Shown here piece after piece: positions 49,869 through 63,600 of a stretch of DNA of 64,000 bases. The translations under genes and the position numbers were made by a program. Below the pieces are notes generated by a model. The model was not told where the DNA came from, did not search any database, and saw only the letters and a list, made by a program, of their open reading frames with translations. The DNA is taken from contig JBMNRL010000016.1 in assembly GCA_050944615.1 (NCBI GenBank), positions 4,262 to 68,261 of the forward strand. The letters are read 5' to 3'. Numbering within the stretch: the stretch's first letter is position 1; the number at the start of each line of letters is the position of its first letter. Origin of the DNA: Blautia sp. (GTDB lineage: Bacteria > Bacillota > Clostridia > Lachnospirales > Lachnospiraceae).

Positions 49869-50140
49869 CCCGCCCCTGCCATTCTTACGAATCACAGGGA
49901 CGGGCCATAGTTCTGTATAGTCCGCGGTTCCACCCTCATTGCATGTCCGTTCCCACACCTCTGATAACCGGCAGGGACGGGTCAACCACTTATTTCGACG
50001 ATAACGGAGTCACCGGGCCGGATTAGGGCCGCTCCGAGTTGGTATTCAGATGTTTCCCACTAAGGCGCTTCCAGCCTGCCGCGTCTCTCTCTGGAATGTT
50101 CCGCATCTTACTCTTCTCTTCTGCGCGTTCACTGTATAAA
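49863..50140 (-). ncRNA. T-box riboswitch (Thr) upstream of thrS
   Basis: Stem I with AGAGA and GCTGGAA motifs, specifier GAAT-ACC (Thr), T-box AGGGTGGAACCGCG, terminator GCCCGTCCCTG/CAGGGGCGGG plus U-tract. Confidence 0.92.
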
Positions 50141-50181
50141 TGATAGCTTCCGTTCAACGGCAACTGTTTTAACTCTGTATA

Positions 50182-50209
50182 TTATAGCATACAGGATTGT
50201 TTTGTCAAC
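50182..50209 (-). promoter_or_regulatory. SigmaA promoter of the T-box/thrS leader
   Basis: TTGACA-N16-TATAAT with extended TG. Confidence 0.8.
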
Positions 50210-50248
50210 GCCGCAAAACTGATTTTCTCAAAACTATTTTCGTGAGCC

Positions 50249-51634
50249 TCACCGGGACAAGCCTTTGGTATTTCTTCCCGCCAAAGCGGCGCTGTAGGCG
50301 CCTTCCTGCCACAGGGGCAGAATCCAGGCCTCCTCTTCGATCCAGTCCTCAAAGGCTTCACAGTACCTGGAAAGCTCCATCTCTTCCCCCGGGACAAAGG
50401 GCCCTTCTTCTGCCAGCAATTCTTCATACCAGCCGCAGTACAAATACATGGAAACGTCCTGGCCTGTCAGCGGGCCTTCCTTAATTTTGTCCTGCTGCTC
50501 TACGGTAATTCCTTGTTGTTCCCAAGCTTTTATCAGCCAATCAGCCACAGCCATTGCCGCATTGTCCTGTCCTCTGTATAAGGTGAGGGACTTCCAGGAA
50601 GCATCCGCAGCCTTTTGTCCTTTTTTCTCTTTGGGACTTCTGTCCAACAAAATTCCTTTCGGCAGCAGTCCTTGGGAAAAACAATCCTCAAAGAGTTTTT
50701 CCCGGTCGATGGACTGCATTACCAGCTGCCGCTTCTGCAGATCTGCCATTTCCGGATGATTCCGGTTACACACCAGATACATCCCATAAGCTTTGCCAAA
50801 CTCATAAATATCATAAGCCCCGTCCCCGCAGGCCGCTTCCTCCTGACTGTCACTGACAGACATCCAATCGTAAGCCTGCGCTTTGAGTATTCCGGTGAAA
50901 TCTTTGCCTCCCGGCGTCTCTATCTGTACGTTTTTATAAGGAAAATCCTCCGCGGTCATCCCGTCCCGGAGGGACAGGCGCACCGATTTTGACGGTACCA
51001 GGGTATCTATTTCATAAGGTCCGCTGCCGGCTAAGGTCTCATTTTTCTTCAAAAGCTCCTCCGTTACATGCATCACGGGAACCTCAAGCACCTTCAAATT
51101 GTCAATGGAATTTCCGGTAAACTGAATCCGGAGGATTCCCTCCTCCACCGGCTCGGCCTTGGCCACCTTCTGTAAAACCACCTGGTATGCGCTTTCATTT
51201 GCCATTTCCTGATGCCAGCCAAACGCAGCAGCCACAGCTTCTGCGGTCACATCAGAGCCGTCACGAAACGTACGGTCTGCTTTTAATGTAACCTCCGCCT
51301 CCTGCCCGTCTTGAGAGATCACAACCTTCTCAGCCAGCGCATAGGTCAGGGAGCCATCCTGGTTTCTATAAGCCAAAGGTTCATAGACCAGCTTTTTCAA
51401 TATATCCATCGTCTCATTCTGTCCTTGGTATGGATGAATGGACGATGGAATCTGGGATGCGCCCACCATAAGAGTTTCTTTTCTGTCCTCTTCCATTTTC
51501 CGCACTTTGGCGGTATCTCCTTCATGGATCAAATAGGGAACCGAAGGCTGGCGGTGCCAGAAAAGCACCGCCAGCAAAACAACAGCTCCCGCTACGGCGA
51601 TCACCGCCGCAGCACATTTCTTTTTTCTTGTCAT
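50249..51634 (-). CDS. Family-5 (Opp/Dpp-like) solute-binding-fold protein with N-terminal TM anchor
   Basis: LVYEPL...ALAEKVVISQDG...TL.....FRDGS.VTAEAV, GSGPY, RQLVMQSIDRE; start ATG 51634 overlaps the adhesin stop (ATGA). Confidence 0.8.
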   Translation of the reverse strand: MTRKKKCAAAVIAVAGAVVLLAVLFWHRQPSVPYLIHEGDTAKVRKMEEDRKETLMVGASQIPSSIHPYQGQNETMDILKKLVYEPLAYRNQDGSLTYALAEKVVISQDGQEAEVTLKADRTFRDGSDVTAEAVAAAFGWHQEMANESAYQVVLQKVAKAEPVEEGILRIQFTGNSIDNLKVLEVPVMHVTEELLKKNETLAGSGPYEIDTLVPSKSVRLSLRDGMTAEDFPYKNVQIETPGGKDFTGILKAQAYDWMSVSDSQEEAACGDGAYDIYEFGKAYGMYLVCNRNHPEMADLQKRQLVMQSIDREKLFEDCFSQGLLPKGILLDRSPKEKKGQKAADASWKSLTLYRGQDNAAMAVADWLIKAWEQQGITVEQQDKIKEGPLTGQDVSMYLYCGWYEELLAEEGPFVPGEEMELSRYCEAFEDWIEEEAWILPLWQEGAYSAALAGRNTKGLSR

Positions 51635-54600
51635 CTCATATCCTGCATAGAGCTGCTGCCCTGCTTCTTCTCCTTTCTCCGATAGCGGATGCATCCGACT
51701 GCCAGGAGCCCGGCCAGGGCCATCAGCAGAAGCATCCATTCGGTCTGTGTTTCATCTCCCGTCTTCACCGGTTTTTCCAGCTTCACAGACGTGGCCGGAC
51801 GCGTCGGCAGGATCAGCTGCGGACGTTTCGGGGGCACCAGCCACTCCACAGGTTCATCCTGCGCCGCTTTTGGAATGTGATATCCCAAATACAGTGTCTT
51901 TTCCTTGGCCTCAGCTTCATAGCTTTGCTGGTAATAATTCTTTTGGGTACGTTCCAAAGCCAGAGTCACGCCTTGGGTGATACCTGTATTCGGATTCGTC
52001 TCCTGAACCACACCTGCCGGTTTTCCGCAGACATTATGGCCTGTCAGAGTTTCTGTTCCAACCGCGTATACCCGGGTGAATGCCGCATGATCCTTCTTGT
52101 TCATTTTCAGCCGGTAGACATAAGGTGTTCCCTCTTCGTCCACCGCCGGAAGCTCCTCAAACCGGAACTGTCCTTTATCATCTGTGACAGCGGTCCGCCC
52201 TTCAAAGGATGCATAGACACCGTCACAAATCACACAGTAAGGATCAGAAACCAATTCCGTCCGGCTGTGAGAGCCCACTTTGTATTCCAGGGATACCTCA
52301 TAGCCTTCTACGGCGCTGTCTTCCCATTCCATAATGCCGTTGCGGTTCTTATCCTCAAATACAACACCGCTGATGGCACCCGGCTGATAGGGCTTAAGAC
52401 CCGCATCATTGCCCGTCACGTCATGTCCTTTCACACAGCTGTAGCCTTCCAGGTTTCCATCCTCCTTAGACTTCTTTGAAAGAAGGAGGAAATCCTTATC
52501 GTATGCATATTTTGCCAGCGGCACCAGATAACCGGTCATTTCGTCCAGATCACTATCATAGCTGCCTCCGTTTTTCCGGAAGGCCGTTACGGTCTTATCC
52601 ATGGGGATTTCCTGGATATGCAGACGATAGCCTGCCAGGACCTTCTCACCCTTCCAGTCCGCAGACAACGGAAGGTCTTCAAAAGCGTATTCCCCATCTT
52701 CATCGGTATATGCATAGACAGTCAACCCATCCTGCAGCTTCCACTGGCCGCGGATCCGGTAATAGGTCTCCAGACAAACTTCCACATCCGCAATACCCGC
52801 TTCCGCATCCTGACGGATGCCGTCGCCATCACTGTCCTCCCAGACGGTTCCGGCAATCCGGTGGTATTCCTTCTCCACCAAACCAGCATTGTAATCCGTC
52901 TCATGAGAGGCATGGACTTTGTCAAACGGAGAAGCCTCCTCGCCGGTTTCCTTGGCAATCATAATACACCCTTTGTAAATCTGGGGACCACCTTTTTTCG
53001 TGATCTCCATCGTCGCTTCCACAAGCGCGCTGTCCGCTATACCGCCGTTTGCCAGATAACGGGTGACTTCATAGCCGTCTTCCCGTTCCGGCATCCATAC
53101 CCGGTAACCGTATAGCTCTTTTGCTCCGCTGCCTGTATCAGCCGTCTCCAGGTCTTTAAACTGGTAACATCCTTTTTCATCCGTAGTCGTCTCCCGGTAG
53201 AAGGTTCCTTCCGGGAACTCCGGTATCCACTCTTTTGTACGCTCGTCATAACGGTACCGGCTCAGACAGATTCTTCTGCCTGCCAGCCGCTGATCCGCGT
53301 CTCCCAAGCGTCCGTCATATTCCTTATCGAGGAATACGGTTCCTGAGATACTGCCCCGTTCATAGGTGACGCCTCCACCGCCGCCGCGGGAATATCCGGC
53401 ACCGTAGCTGTCATCCTGGGCCCCTTTGACAAAGTCATAGATGCGGTTTCCATGATGCAGCGTATATGGTGTATTCGGTTTCCTGCCGCCGGTGACCTCC
53501 TGAGCCAGGAGAATGTATTCCCCTTCGTCTGTCAACGTCAGGGTCTTATCCTTCTGCTGCTTCAAATCGCTGTCCAGGACGGCATCCGTCCCTGCCCGGT
53601 ATCTGGTCGGAACCAGATCCTTTGGCATCTCAGTCAAAATCAACCGGTATGCATAGAGGAATTTATCTCCATTTTCCTCTCCATACGCAGGCAGATCGGT
53701 AAATTCATAATGTCCGTCTTCGCCTGTCACTGCTGTCTGCATCCGATCAACCAGCTCTTCCCACTGATCATCCGCCGTCTGCCGGTACCAGTGGAGCACA
53801 ATTTCGGCATCTGGCACTGTCTCCTCTTTTTCCTCACGGATGCCGTCGGAATCTTCATCCTTCCAGACATAGCCTCCGATCCGGCCCAGCGTATATTCTG
53901 TCACACCGCCGTCGCAATGGTCAAACGGTCCGGCAGCAACAGCCAGGTCATAGGAGACGCCGTTATATTTCCGGATGTAAGAGGAATCCTTCTTAGAACC
54001 CTCCAAGGCCTTTGCCAGGATATAGAATTCCTCACCCTTCACCGTCTCCATTTTGCCAGAAACGGCATTTAGGTCACTGTCCACATCCTCTGCCACACCT
54101 GCATAGTGCTGATGGGTGACAGCGTACTGGTCATAGGGGCTTTGGAATTTGCCCACACGCACCGTATAACCCGCCAGATAGAGGATATCATTGACTTCCA
54201 CATAGACAGGCAGGTCCGTAAATTCATAGATGCCGTCCTCTGTATTTTGATTTACAAGGACAGATGCCGTCGCAGATGCCTGATAGCATTTCTCTGCCGT
54301 ATCCGTACTTGCGGTATTGGCTGCACTGACTATCCATTGTCCTTGATCCGGATCATAGTAATACTGGGTCAAATACACGGGTACATCGTTGATTCCCGCA
54401 TCTTTATCGGACTGGTATTCCCCGTCATAGGCCGTATCCTCAAAGATCCGTCCGGAAATGGAGGAAAGTCCTGTCTTCACAAGGCCTGCATTGTATTCCT
54501 CCCGTTCTTCAGCAAGCGCGATGTCATAGCCGCTTCTCATGTTCTGGCTGGCACTTGATTTTACCTCGTCCTGCCAATATTTGGCCGCTATCACATAGCT

Positions 54601-57600
54601 GTCCTGTTCCTCATGCTTGCCATTTAGATAGCCATCCGGTCCTGTTTTCGTAATGACCAGATCCGCCTGATTCAAAGAAGAATCCCCGCTGCCTTTGTTC
54701 AACAAACGTTTCGTCACCAGGAAGCCTTCCGGCAGTCCGTTCAGCTCCAGCTGATAACCGGCCAAGCAATGTCTGCCATCTATGAGCACCTGCGTAGGAA
54801 GCTTCAGCTCATAGCTGCCGTCATTAGCCACTGCTGCCGTACTGCTCTTTTGGATCTGATTGGTTTCCTGTGGCTGCCAATTTCCGTCTTCGTCCTGATA
54901 GTAATATTTGGCAGTCACCGTCAGCTGTCCCCCTGTCATTTGGGAAACCGCTGCCAGCAATTCCTTGGAATATCCCTCATCCTTACCCAGCTTGCCATCG
55001 TAATTTTCATCATGGAAAACTTTACCGGTAATCTTTGCCAAAGGATATTCAATCAGGCCGCCGTCATATTCCTCTGCATCCTGCGCGGTTACCAGATCGT
55101 AAACCTTATCCTGGTAGGTCCGAAGATAAGAATCATTTCCGCTGCCCACGGATTCCTTGGCCAGCAGGATCAATTCTCCATCATCCCCGTCGCCGGTCAG
55201 ATACATGTCTCCGTCGATGTCGCTGTTTCTGCCGCCTGTCTGCTTATAGAGGGTCACACCGTATTTTTCCGGCAGATTGACCGCTTTCACCTTATAAGCA
55301 GCTAAGGTCAGCGTCCCATCCGGCCTCTTCGCATAGCCAGTCAGATTTTCAAATACATACTTCCCATCCGCATCGCTTTTTGCCGTCTTAGCAACAAATG
55401 AGGGATCCTTCTGCCATGCGCCGTTTTCATCCAGATAATAGCGTTCCAGATTCAACTCAATGCCGGCTATCTTGCTTTCATCCTGTTCCAGAAGGCCGTC
55501 ATAATCCGCATCTTCCCAAATGATACCGCTGATATCACCTTTTTGGAATTCCAGGAGTCCGGCATCATTTCCCTCATGATTTTCCACCTTGATCCGGTCA
55601 AAATATCCCAGAGCATTGCCGATTACCAGGGCGTCCTGATTTCCCAATTTAGGCACTCCATACTGTGGAGACAGATCATCCGGCTGATCAGGCTCCGCCA
55701 CCTTCTTCGCTATAATGATATATTCGTCACTCTCTGTGAGCAGCTGGTCACCCTTGATCAGGTCGCTGTCCGTATCGGTATTCCCCACATGATACCGGGT
55801 CACCGCATAAGGCTTATCCTCTAGACCACTGAGCAGCTTGATCTTATAGCTGGTGATATAGACCGCTCCGCCGATTTCCACAGTGGAAGCAAGCCCGTTA
55901 AAGCAATAGCTTCCGTCTGCGGCGCTGCGCACCGTCTGACAATACGTCGGATGGCTGGTGGTATCCAGCTTCTTCCATCCATCCTGGTAATAATACGGGA
56001 TCAGCTCGAACTCCATGTCTTTGATTCCAGGCTCCGGCACCTGTTTGCCATCCTTTTCATAGGTGCCTCGCTGGCCATCATAATTTTTGTCCTCCCAGAT
56101 CACACCTTCGATCCGGCCCTTTTCCACCCGGGCAAGACCTGCATCAATATCCAGGATCATCTGTCCCTCAGTGGTGTCATAGGCCTTATCGCCAACCTTT
56201 ATTTGGTATTCCAAATTAGTATTATCCACTGCCTCTTCCGCGGCGATCACCACGTCAGGCGTCAGATACCGGTAACCGAGCTCATTCGCCTGCCAGGACA
56301 AATCGCTGTCCTTATAGCCTTGATTCATATAGTATTTGGTGGGCACATAATCTTTGGGGACGGTATCCATATCCAGCCTTACCTTATAGCCCGCCAGATG
56401 CTTCTCTGTCTCTCCTTGCGGCACATAGGTCGTAGGCACTTCAAAGATGTAGCCGCCTCCGGTGCTGCTATAGGTCTTATCTGCAGGAACTCCTGCATAT
56501 ACCCATTCTTTTGCTGTCTCATCATAGTAGTAGGTCTCCAGCACCAGCTTCACGCCCGCGATCTCCGGTTCTGTCACGGTCTGCCCTTGCCCGTTTGGAT
56601 ACTGATTCCAAATGCCGTCATAGCTTTCATCGTCAAAGATATGCTTTCCGAGATAGCCTTTGCCAGCCTCTACAAATCCAAAGCCCAGAGGGTCTTCGGG
56701 GTCGGCCAGGTAGGTACCGAATTCATTTTGGATCAGCACACCGTTTTTATCACGGCTTGGCCCTACCGGGAAAAGATAGGTGATATGTTCTTTGCTCGCC
56801 TTATCCTCGTAAAGATCGTTGTCTGTGTTTTTCTCCAGAGGATCCGTGGACAGTGTAAACGGTGTCGGCTTATAGATCACTGTCAGTTTGGTGGTATCCG
56901 CCTTCGCCACATAACTGCGGCCCGGATACAGATAGATCTCAAAATGACCGTTTTCATCCGTAACTGCAGAAGCTTCTTCTCCGTTTCTGCCCAAAGCAGG
57001 CTTCTCGCTTACCTTTCCGCTGGCATCCACCTCATAGAATGTGATCTTCACATCCTTCAGCACTTTTTCATCCGCCTCACGGATTCCGTCTACTTTTTTA
57101 TCGTCTCCTTCCGCCCAGGCATAACCGCCATACAGATAGGCGTTGCATACGCCGAGATCATAAGCGGTCATACGCTCGTCATACGTCCGGTAAGTCCCCG
57201 GATCAGTGCCGATGGCCTCCACAGCCACGGCCTCTTTTGTCTGCACTACCAGGCAATTATCCACGCTCTGACAGTCGCAAGGCACGTCCCCTGCCCCTGG
57301 ATCTCCCAGATCGGGAAGCGTGTCACCATCCCGGTAAATATCCACGCCGGTCACCGTTCCGCCCTTGGAGGCGTCACCCAACTGCAGTGTGGTCACCGCA
57401 TGTTCATTATAATCATGCACAGGGAAGGTATAGCGCAGCTTATAATTGCCGGGCGTAAGATTGGATATGATGAAATATCCGTTATTTCCATAGGCATCCT
57501 TCTCTGTGGTGTAGGCAGCCGGGCCAAACGGCGTATACTGGTAAGCGCCGGTATTCTCATTGACCTTCTTTTTACCCGTGGCTTCATCGATAATGATATA

Positions 57601-60600
57601 TTTTCCTTCTGCCGCATCGTAAACCACCGGTTCCCCCAGCTTATTCACCGGGTAGCCATTTTCTGAAAGCAGCTCCACCAGCACTCCGTTGATACCCGGA
57701 TCATCCGGCACGCCGTCATAATCCAGATCCTTGGTCGCCTTGGAGAAAATGTAACGTCCGTCCGCATCCCGCTTTAAGTATTCTCCCTCATCGGTAAACT
57801 CGGCGTTGCAGCTTCCATCCAGCCATACATAATGACCGATGTAGCCTTTGTCCGCCGGGGCATCCAGGTAGACGCCGGCCCTCGGGGATTCTTCCGGCTT
57901 TGCAGAGGGCTCTCCAGTCATCATGGAATACGTATTCCATCCGGTATAATCCTTCACCGCTTCTGCCAGTGCTGAATTGTTCTCACTGTTTTCCGGCATA
58001 TAGCCAGGATATAACGGCAAATTCAAAGGTGCCTTCATCTGGTATTCCAGCTTTAGCTTTTCTTCTCCGGATAAAGTGAAATCTTCTTTCGTTTCCACAT
58101 AGACAGCCAGTACCTGCTTCTGCAGCTCTTCATAATTACTGCTAGCCTTCAAGTCAGAGACAGGCACCATAAATTTGGATTTTTCAGCTACTGCTTCATT
58201 GCTGTCTCCATACATGGCCTGATAAAATTCCGCCGTTCCAGTCTGCTCTACAGCCGGCAAAACAGAAACATCCAAGGCCTGAATTTCGTTGTTCACCTTC
58301 GTAAACGGTCCGACCCAAAGCTTATAATCTGCCCCTTCCGTCATATTCGCAACGACAAGTCCCTTTTCGTCACGGTATTCCTTGGATACCTTTACGGAAT
58401 CCAGATTGATCCATCCGCTCCAGGTGGAATTCCTGGAACTCTTCGTCACAATCGTGGAATCCTCCGGATATGGCAGCACATCATAGATGATTGGATGCTG
58501 GTAAGGCTGACCACTGCCCGGATTATCCCGATCAACCAAAGCTATTTCAAAGGTATAATCTGTTCCTTCCGGCACCAAGGAGGGTCTCCTGTCACCGTTT
58601 CCACCGGCATCGGTTCCGCTTCCGTATTCGGATCTGGAAATCTTCTTTCTCGTAACCGTCCGATTGGACTCAAAAATAATTCCACCCACTGATTTCGTCA
58701 GGGTCCGCTCATTATTGGTGATGCCGTTGTTGTTGATATCACGGCTGTCCACCTCCAAGGCATAAGCTTCATAAGAAGACTGTGTCTCCGGGATATATCC
58801 GTCAAAGGAGCCATATTTAAAGGCATAATTTTTACACTGCAGAAGATCTGCACTAACAATACCATAATCCTGGGCCGTCAGCGGCACCATGAAATCCACG
58901 ATCACTTTCTGACCCGGTTTCAGCTTTCCATCAAAACGCCAGGTGAGGATCTTTCGGTTATATCCGCTTAAATCCGCAGGTTTATCATAGATTTCAAATC
59001 CGTCGTCCTCTTTCAGCTTCAGATCCGGCTCCTCCACCACGTTTCCTTCTTTGTCTATCACATACCAAGTCCACTGGGCCTGCGCGCTGGAAAGGGATTT
59101 GGTCCCTTTATAGTCCGCCCTTACATAAGAATCCAAATATTCCTGGCTTCCATATTCCACATATTGATATTTGTCATAGCCATAAGGATCGGCGGCTCCA
59201 TCACTGCGGCTGTCCATCACGTCCTCTAAATAAGGCAGGACATTGCTGATAACAGGATCCGTGGCATTGTCGGGATCCACTTCTTTTTTCGCCAATTCAA
59301 TAATGTCTGTCTCATCCAGATTATACATGCTGGCCTGATACTTCATCATCAAACTGGTACCGGGGGATATCAGCGTATCGTCATCCCAAGCCAGGCTATA
59401 TTCACTGTCACCTTCCCGCTTCATCCTTTTCAGATACTGTGCGGACAGGTCAACCTGCAAATACGGGATCTCTTTGCTGATAAAGTAACCCGCTCTGGAA
59501 CGTTTGGAAATCTGAGCAATCTGTTTGTCATCATATCTCGCCCATGCTGTCGCAAAATGATTGGCATGTCTTCGCACGTCTCCATGATTTTCCGTTGTCA
59601 GGGTTAAAAATGCAGCCTGGCCGGTCTCATGGATCTCATCAATGCAGCCCTCCACATCCGTGCCGGATTTGTATGTTATCTCTGTCGTCACGCAATCAGG
59701 CAGTGGATTGACATTGTTATGGTTCGGATCGATGTCATTCATTTCCTGGACTCCATCCACATCGGCATTCAGGTCATCAATAGCCAATCGGAAGCCTTTG
59801 GGCACCCGCCACTGTCTCTTGATCTCTATATCCGCTTCCGTCATTCCGGCCGCAGCCGTGATCACGTATCGCAGCTGACAGATATGCGTGGACTGATTTT
59901 TAAGCTTCTCTTTGACATCGATCACCGTATTCGTAGTGATTGGCACTCCAGAGGCATCCGTCAATTCCATCCAGTTACCGTCCGTCCAATCATCCGGCGT
60001 GCCGTAGCCCGCATTCAGATCATCTGCCGGTAATTCCTCTGTCATCTTGGCATAGACGTGTACTTTCAGTTTTTCTGCCAATTCCTCCCGGTATTTCGCA
60101 GCCTCTTCCTCTCCATAGGCTTCCACACCGACATCCTCCGGGATTTCCCAGACTCCGGTGCCTATGTTATGGATATCCGGATAAAGTGCGCCATCCGAAG
60201 GTGCAGCCTCTTCCTGGGTACCGTTATTCGTGCCACGGAACGGAATTCTCCAGTCCACGATATACGCGCCTACAGCCGCTCCTTCGTTCACTGCCTGGTC
60301 CAGATAGATCATCATTTTTTTCAACCCCTTGACACCGGGGTCTTCGGCTACCACCACATCCGCATCCGGATCGCTCATGCTCACCCGCGGAATGCCGGTA
60401 TCCAGCCGCACCACACTCTTCGGCTTTAAGACCGTCACCTTCGCTGTCACATCACAGAAGTAACGTTCCTTATATTCTCCATCCAGATCCAGGTCCAGGC
60501 CGTTTTCCTCATCGTCCTCCATAGGGCGCTCATATTTCGCCTCAGACAAATCCTGCATATCCAGGGTGTTATAATCCCTATCCGGATATGCTTCTTTAAG

Positions 60601-63600
60601 GTAAGAGCCATCCATCAAATGGAAATTTACATAAGTATCGGCCTTATAGTCCTCATCCCAGAACTCTTCTCCGGTCATCACTGTCTCCGGGCCTTCTGCA
60701 TGATCCACAACGGTTTTAATGCCGAATACGAAGCTTTCCTTCGTATCCAAATGACCGGGAAGCTTTTTGCCATCCACAAAATCCTGATAGCTTTGGGCAT
60801 CCCCAGGTGTTACGATATCAAACCGCAGGGTTTCAGTGTCATCATCATTTACCTGGCGTTTGGTCTCTTTAATGAGCCAGCCGTTGGCAGTAAGCTCTGC
60901 AAAGCTGTATTTCTGTCCATCTTTTACCACATACATCCGGTCATCGTCCTTCGTCCGGTAAGACGCGATCGATGGCAGGGTGATGTTCACCGTAATCACA
61001 CTGTGAGTGATATCTCCTTGATAGGAGTAATCCTCTTCGCCCGTAGAATTGGTAATTTTCACATGATAATACAAGTTGTCCCCGTATTCCACGTGGGTAT
61101 CCTCATCCGGGTAATACTCATAGATGCCCTGGGCAAAGCCCTCGTCGGACCGGCCACCCATGCTTTCTTCAGTCTGCAGCTCATCTGCCTGTTTTTTGGA
61201 GACAAAGCTTTCGTTGGACAGGCTGGCCTGTTTCACTCGGATACGTGATGTCGTGGTCACTCCAGTGTCAGGCAATTCCGGATAACCAGAAGCTTCCTTA
61301 TGGGTGTTGCTGCCGCCATTGTCATTGAAATCCCTGTCCTTTGGCTGCAGCTTGAGACTGTTACGGAGGTCCGTATAATCCTCCATCTCCATCTCATCTG
61401 TCTCTTGATATCTGTGAATTCCTCCTTCCACAGTGGCATCCAAAATCGGATAATCCTTGCCCGCCAGCGCACTGCTCTGATCAAAACGGAACATATGATC
61501 CGGCAGGTTGCCGCCGCTTTTTTGATAAACATGATTGCCATTATACTCCCACGGTATCCTGTGGGTCTTTTTCACAGCATCGGCCCGTGTATCATCCGGG
61601 CTGATCGGATAATAATCCAAATATAGTGGGCTATAGTAATTGCCTACCCAATAGGGGTTCTCACCTGCCCCACCTGTAGTATCCGCATCTGTGAGAAATT
61701 TAAAGCCCTCCAGGCTACTGGACACATAAATATGGTTTTTCTGGTACTGATAGAGCAGGTCCGATTCTTGCGTCCCATCCTTTAACTGCGTATCCGGACC
61801 CATCTTAGTGAAAAAGTCGAAGGAAAAGATACGGGTGTCCCCGCTTAGGATCTTCGCCTTATCTGCCGCACCCTCCTTCTGCATGAAGGTGACCTTATAA
61901 CGACCCTCTGTGCCGCCGTCCTCAGCCTGCAATGTGACGTATTCCACCCTTGTACGGTAGTTTTCCTGTTCATCTGTAAGCGGCGTTCCTTGCTTGTCGT
62001 TGAGACTCCATTTCAAGCTATGCTTTGCATTTTCCTCATTGTCCTCCGTGAAGAGCTTTCCATTCACATCCTTGGGAACGATTCCCGCAGGGAGGATATC
62101 CGTCACTACCGGATAATATAAGGTACCCATATTGCCGCCGTCCACCGCATAGGTGTGGCGCCATTTTGCATATTTTACATTATGATTTCCCTGTCCATAA
62201 CTATAGCTGCCATTTCCATTTGGAGCATAATCATTGAGATAGTCCTTATTTTCCACGTGAATATTGACCGCAGAGGTATCTCCTTCCGGATTCACATAAT
62301 AATCCTCCAGCTTAGCCCCGCTTAAATTGTTCTTTCCAATCGTCGTCCAGGTACGCAGCATAGGCTTGCGCATCTTAACCCTGGTGCCCGTGGCTGCATA
62401 GGTGTCTCGGCTTCCAGATGCAAAATCAGCCTTGTTCCATTCCGTTACCGCGCTTCCATTCACATCGCTGCTCGTATCCACTTCTTTGTTGGAAATATTG
62501 AACCCATCGATGTACGGCATATTGGGGGAACCGTTCATATAAAAGATCTGGCCCGGACCGTTATTATAACCACCATAATTGTATCCGTTCCACAAATAGT
62601 CCATCCCGCCGAATTGAAGACTGACCATCCCATTTTCCACCTTGGTCTTCCAGTCCACATTAAATTTCGTATGCCCGGAAGCAGAGGTCTGGTCATAAAT
62701 CTGATAGTACAAGCTATCCTTATCGTCAACTTTGGCCGGACGTACCATCACCTGATCATACCAATATTCACTCTCATTGGTACGGTATACTCTCTCCGGA
62801 ATATCCACAACAATCTGATAACCGGAATCTGTCCCCCGGTGATACCATTTTTTCAAGGGCGCTCTCACTGTAATCTTCAGCACCCATGGGGAGTACGCAG
62901 CATCATCTCCCTCATAATAATCCGGATTAGCTGAATACACATCATCCGTCGTATTCATGACATCCTGCACAAGCAAAGGATCCTGAATCTTTCTAGGTGC
63001 CAGATAGCCGGCAGACGTCCCAGGCTTCTGAAGAATTTCAATCTCTATATTCCCTGGATCCAGATCCGTATAGACCGGATTTCTGGAATCTCCGCCACTT
63101 AAAATCTTGGCTGTGATATCCGGCAGGGAAGCACCGTCTCCTAACCTTGGTTCCATCCCTCTAGGCAGCGTATAAATAAATTCCACACCGGAGCTTAAAT
63201 CCCAATCCCCGTAGTTATAAGCAGCCAGCCGGCTGGTAAACTCCTGGTCATATTCCAATGTGGTGATAAAATCATCGGAATAAAGCTTATATCTTGCAAT
63301 CGCATCGTTTTGTGAGCTGTCATAGCTGTAATCATCGATATACCGATAATGCGTGTCACTGGCTTCCCGGTTACCATTCCCCAAATATTGCTTGGTCTTC
63401 AAATAATCGGTCTCATCGGAGATCATCTGGGAGCTGGCCGCCAGCCAGGCGGTCTGCAGATGGGTCCTGGCCTGTGCCCAGACCACCGGAATCTGTCTTC
63501 CCTCGCCATCCCACTTTGCGCTGCTGTTGCGGTAACGCATCAGGTATTGGTAATAATCCCGATTCTTCCTTGCGGAAGGACTGAGATAGGACACAGTTGC

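Noticed and set aside
49531-49920. ORFs within the repeat region (also 27813-28199)
   Set aside because: Their shared peptides simply reflect the non-coding repeat sequence; no RBS or coding signature
55951-57666. 571-aa plus-strand ORF
   Set aside because: Antisense shadow of the giant adhesin; no recognisable motifs or RBS
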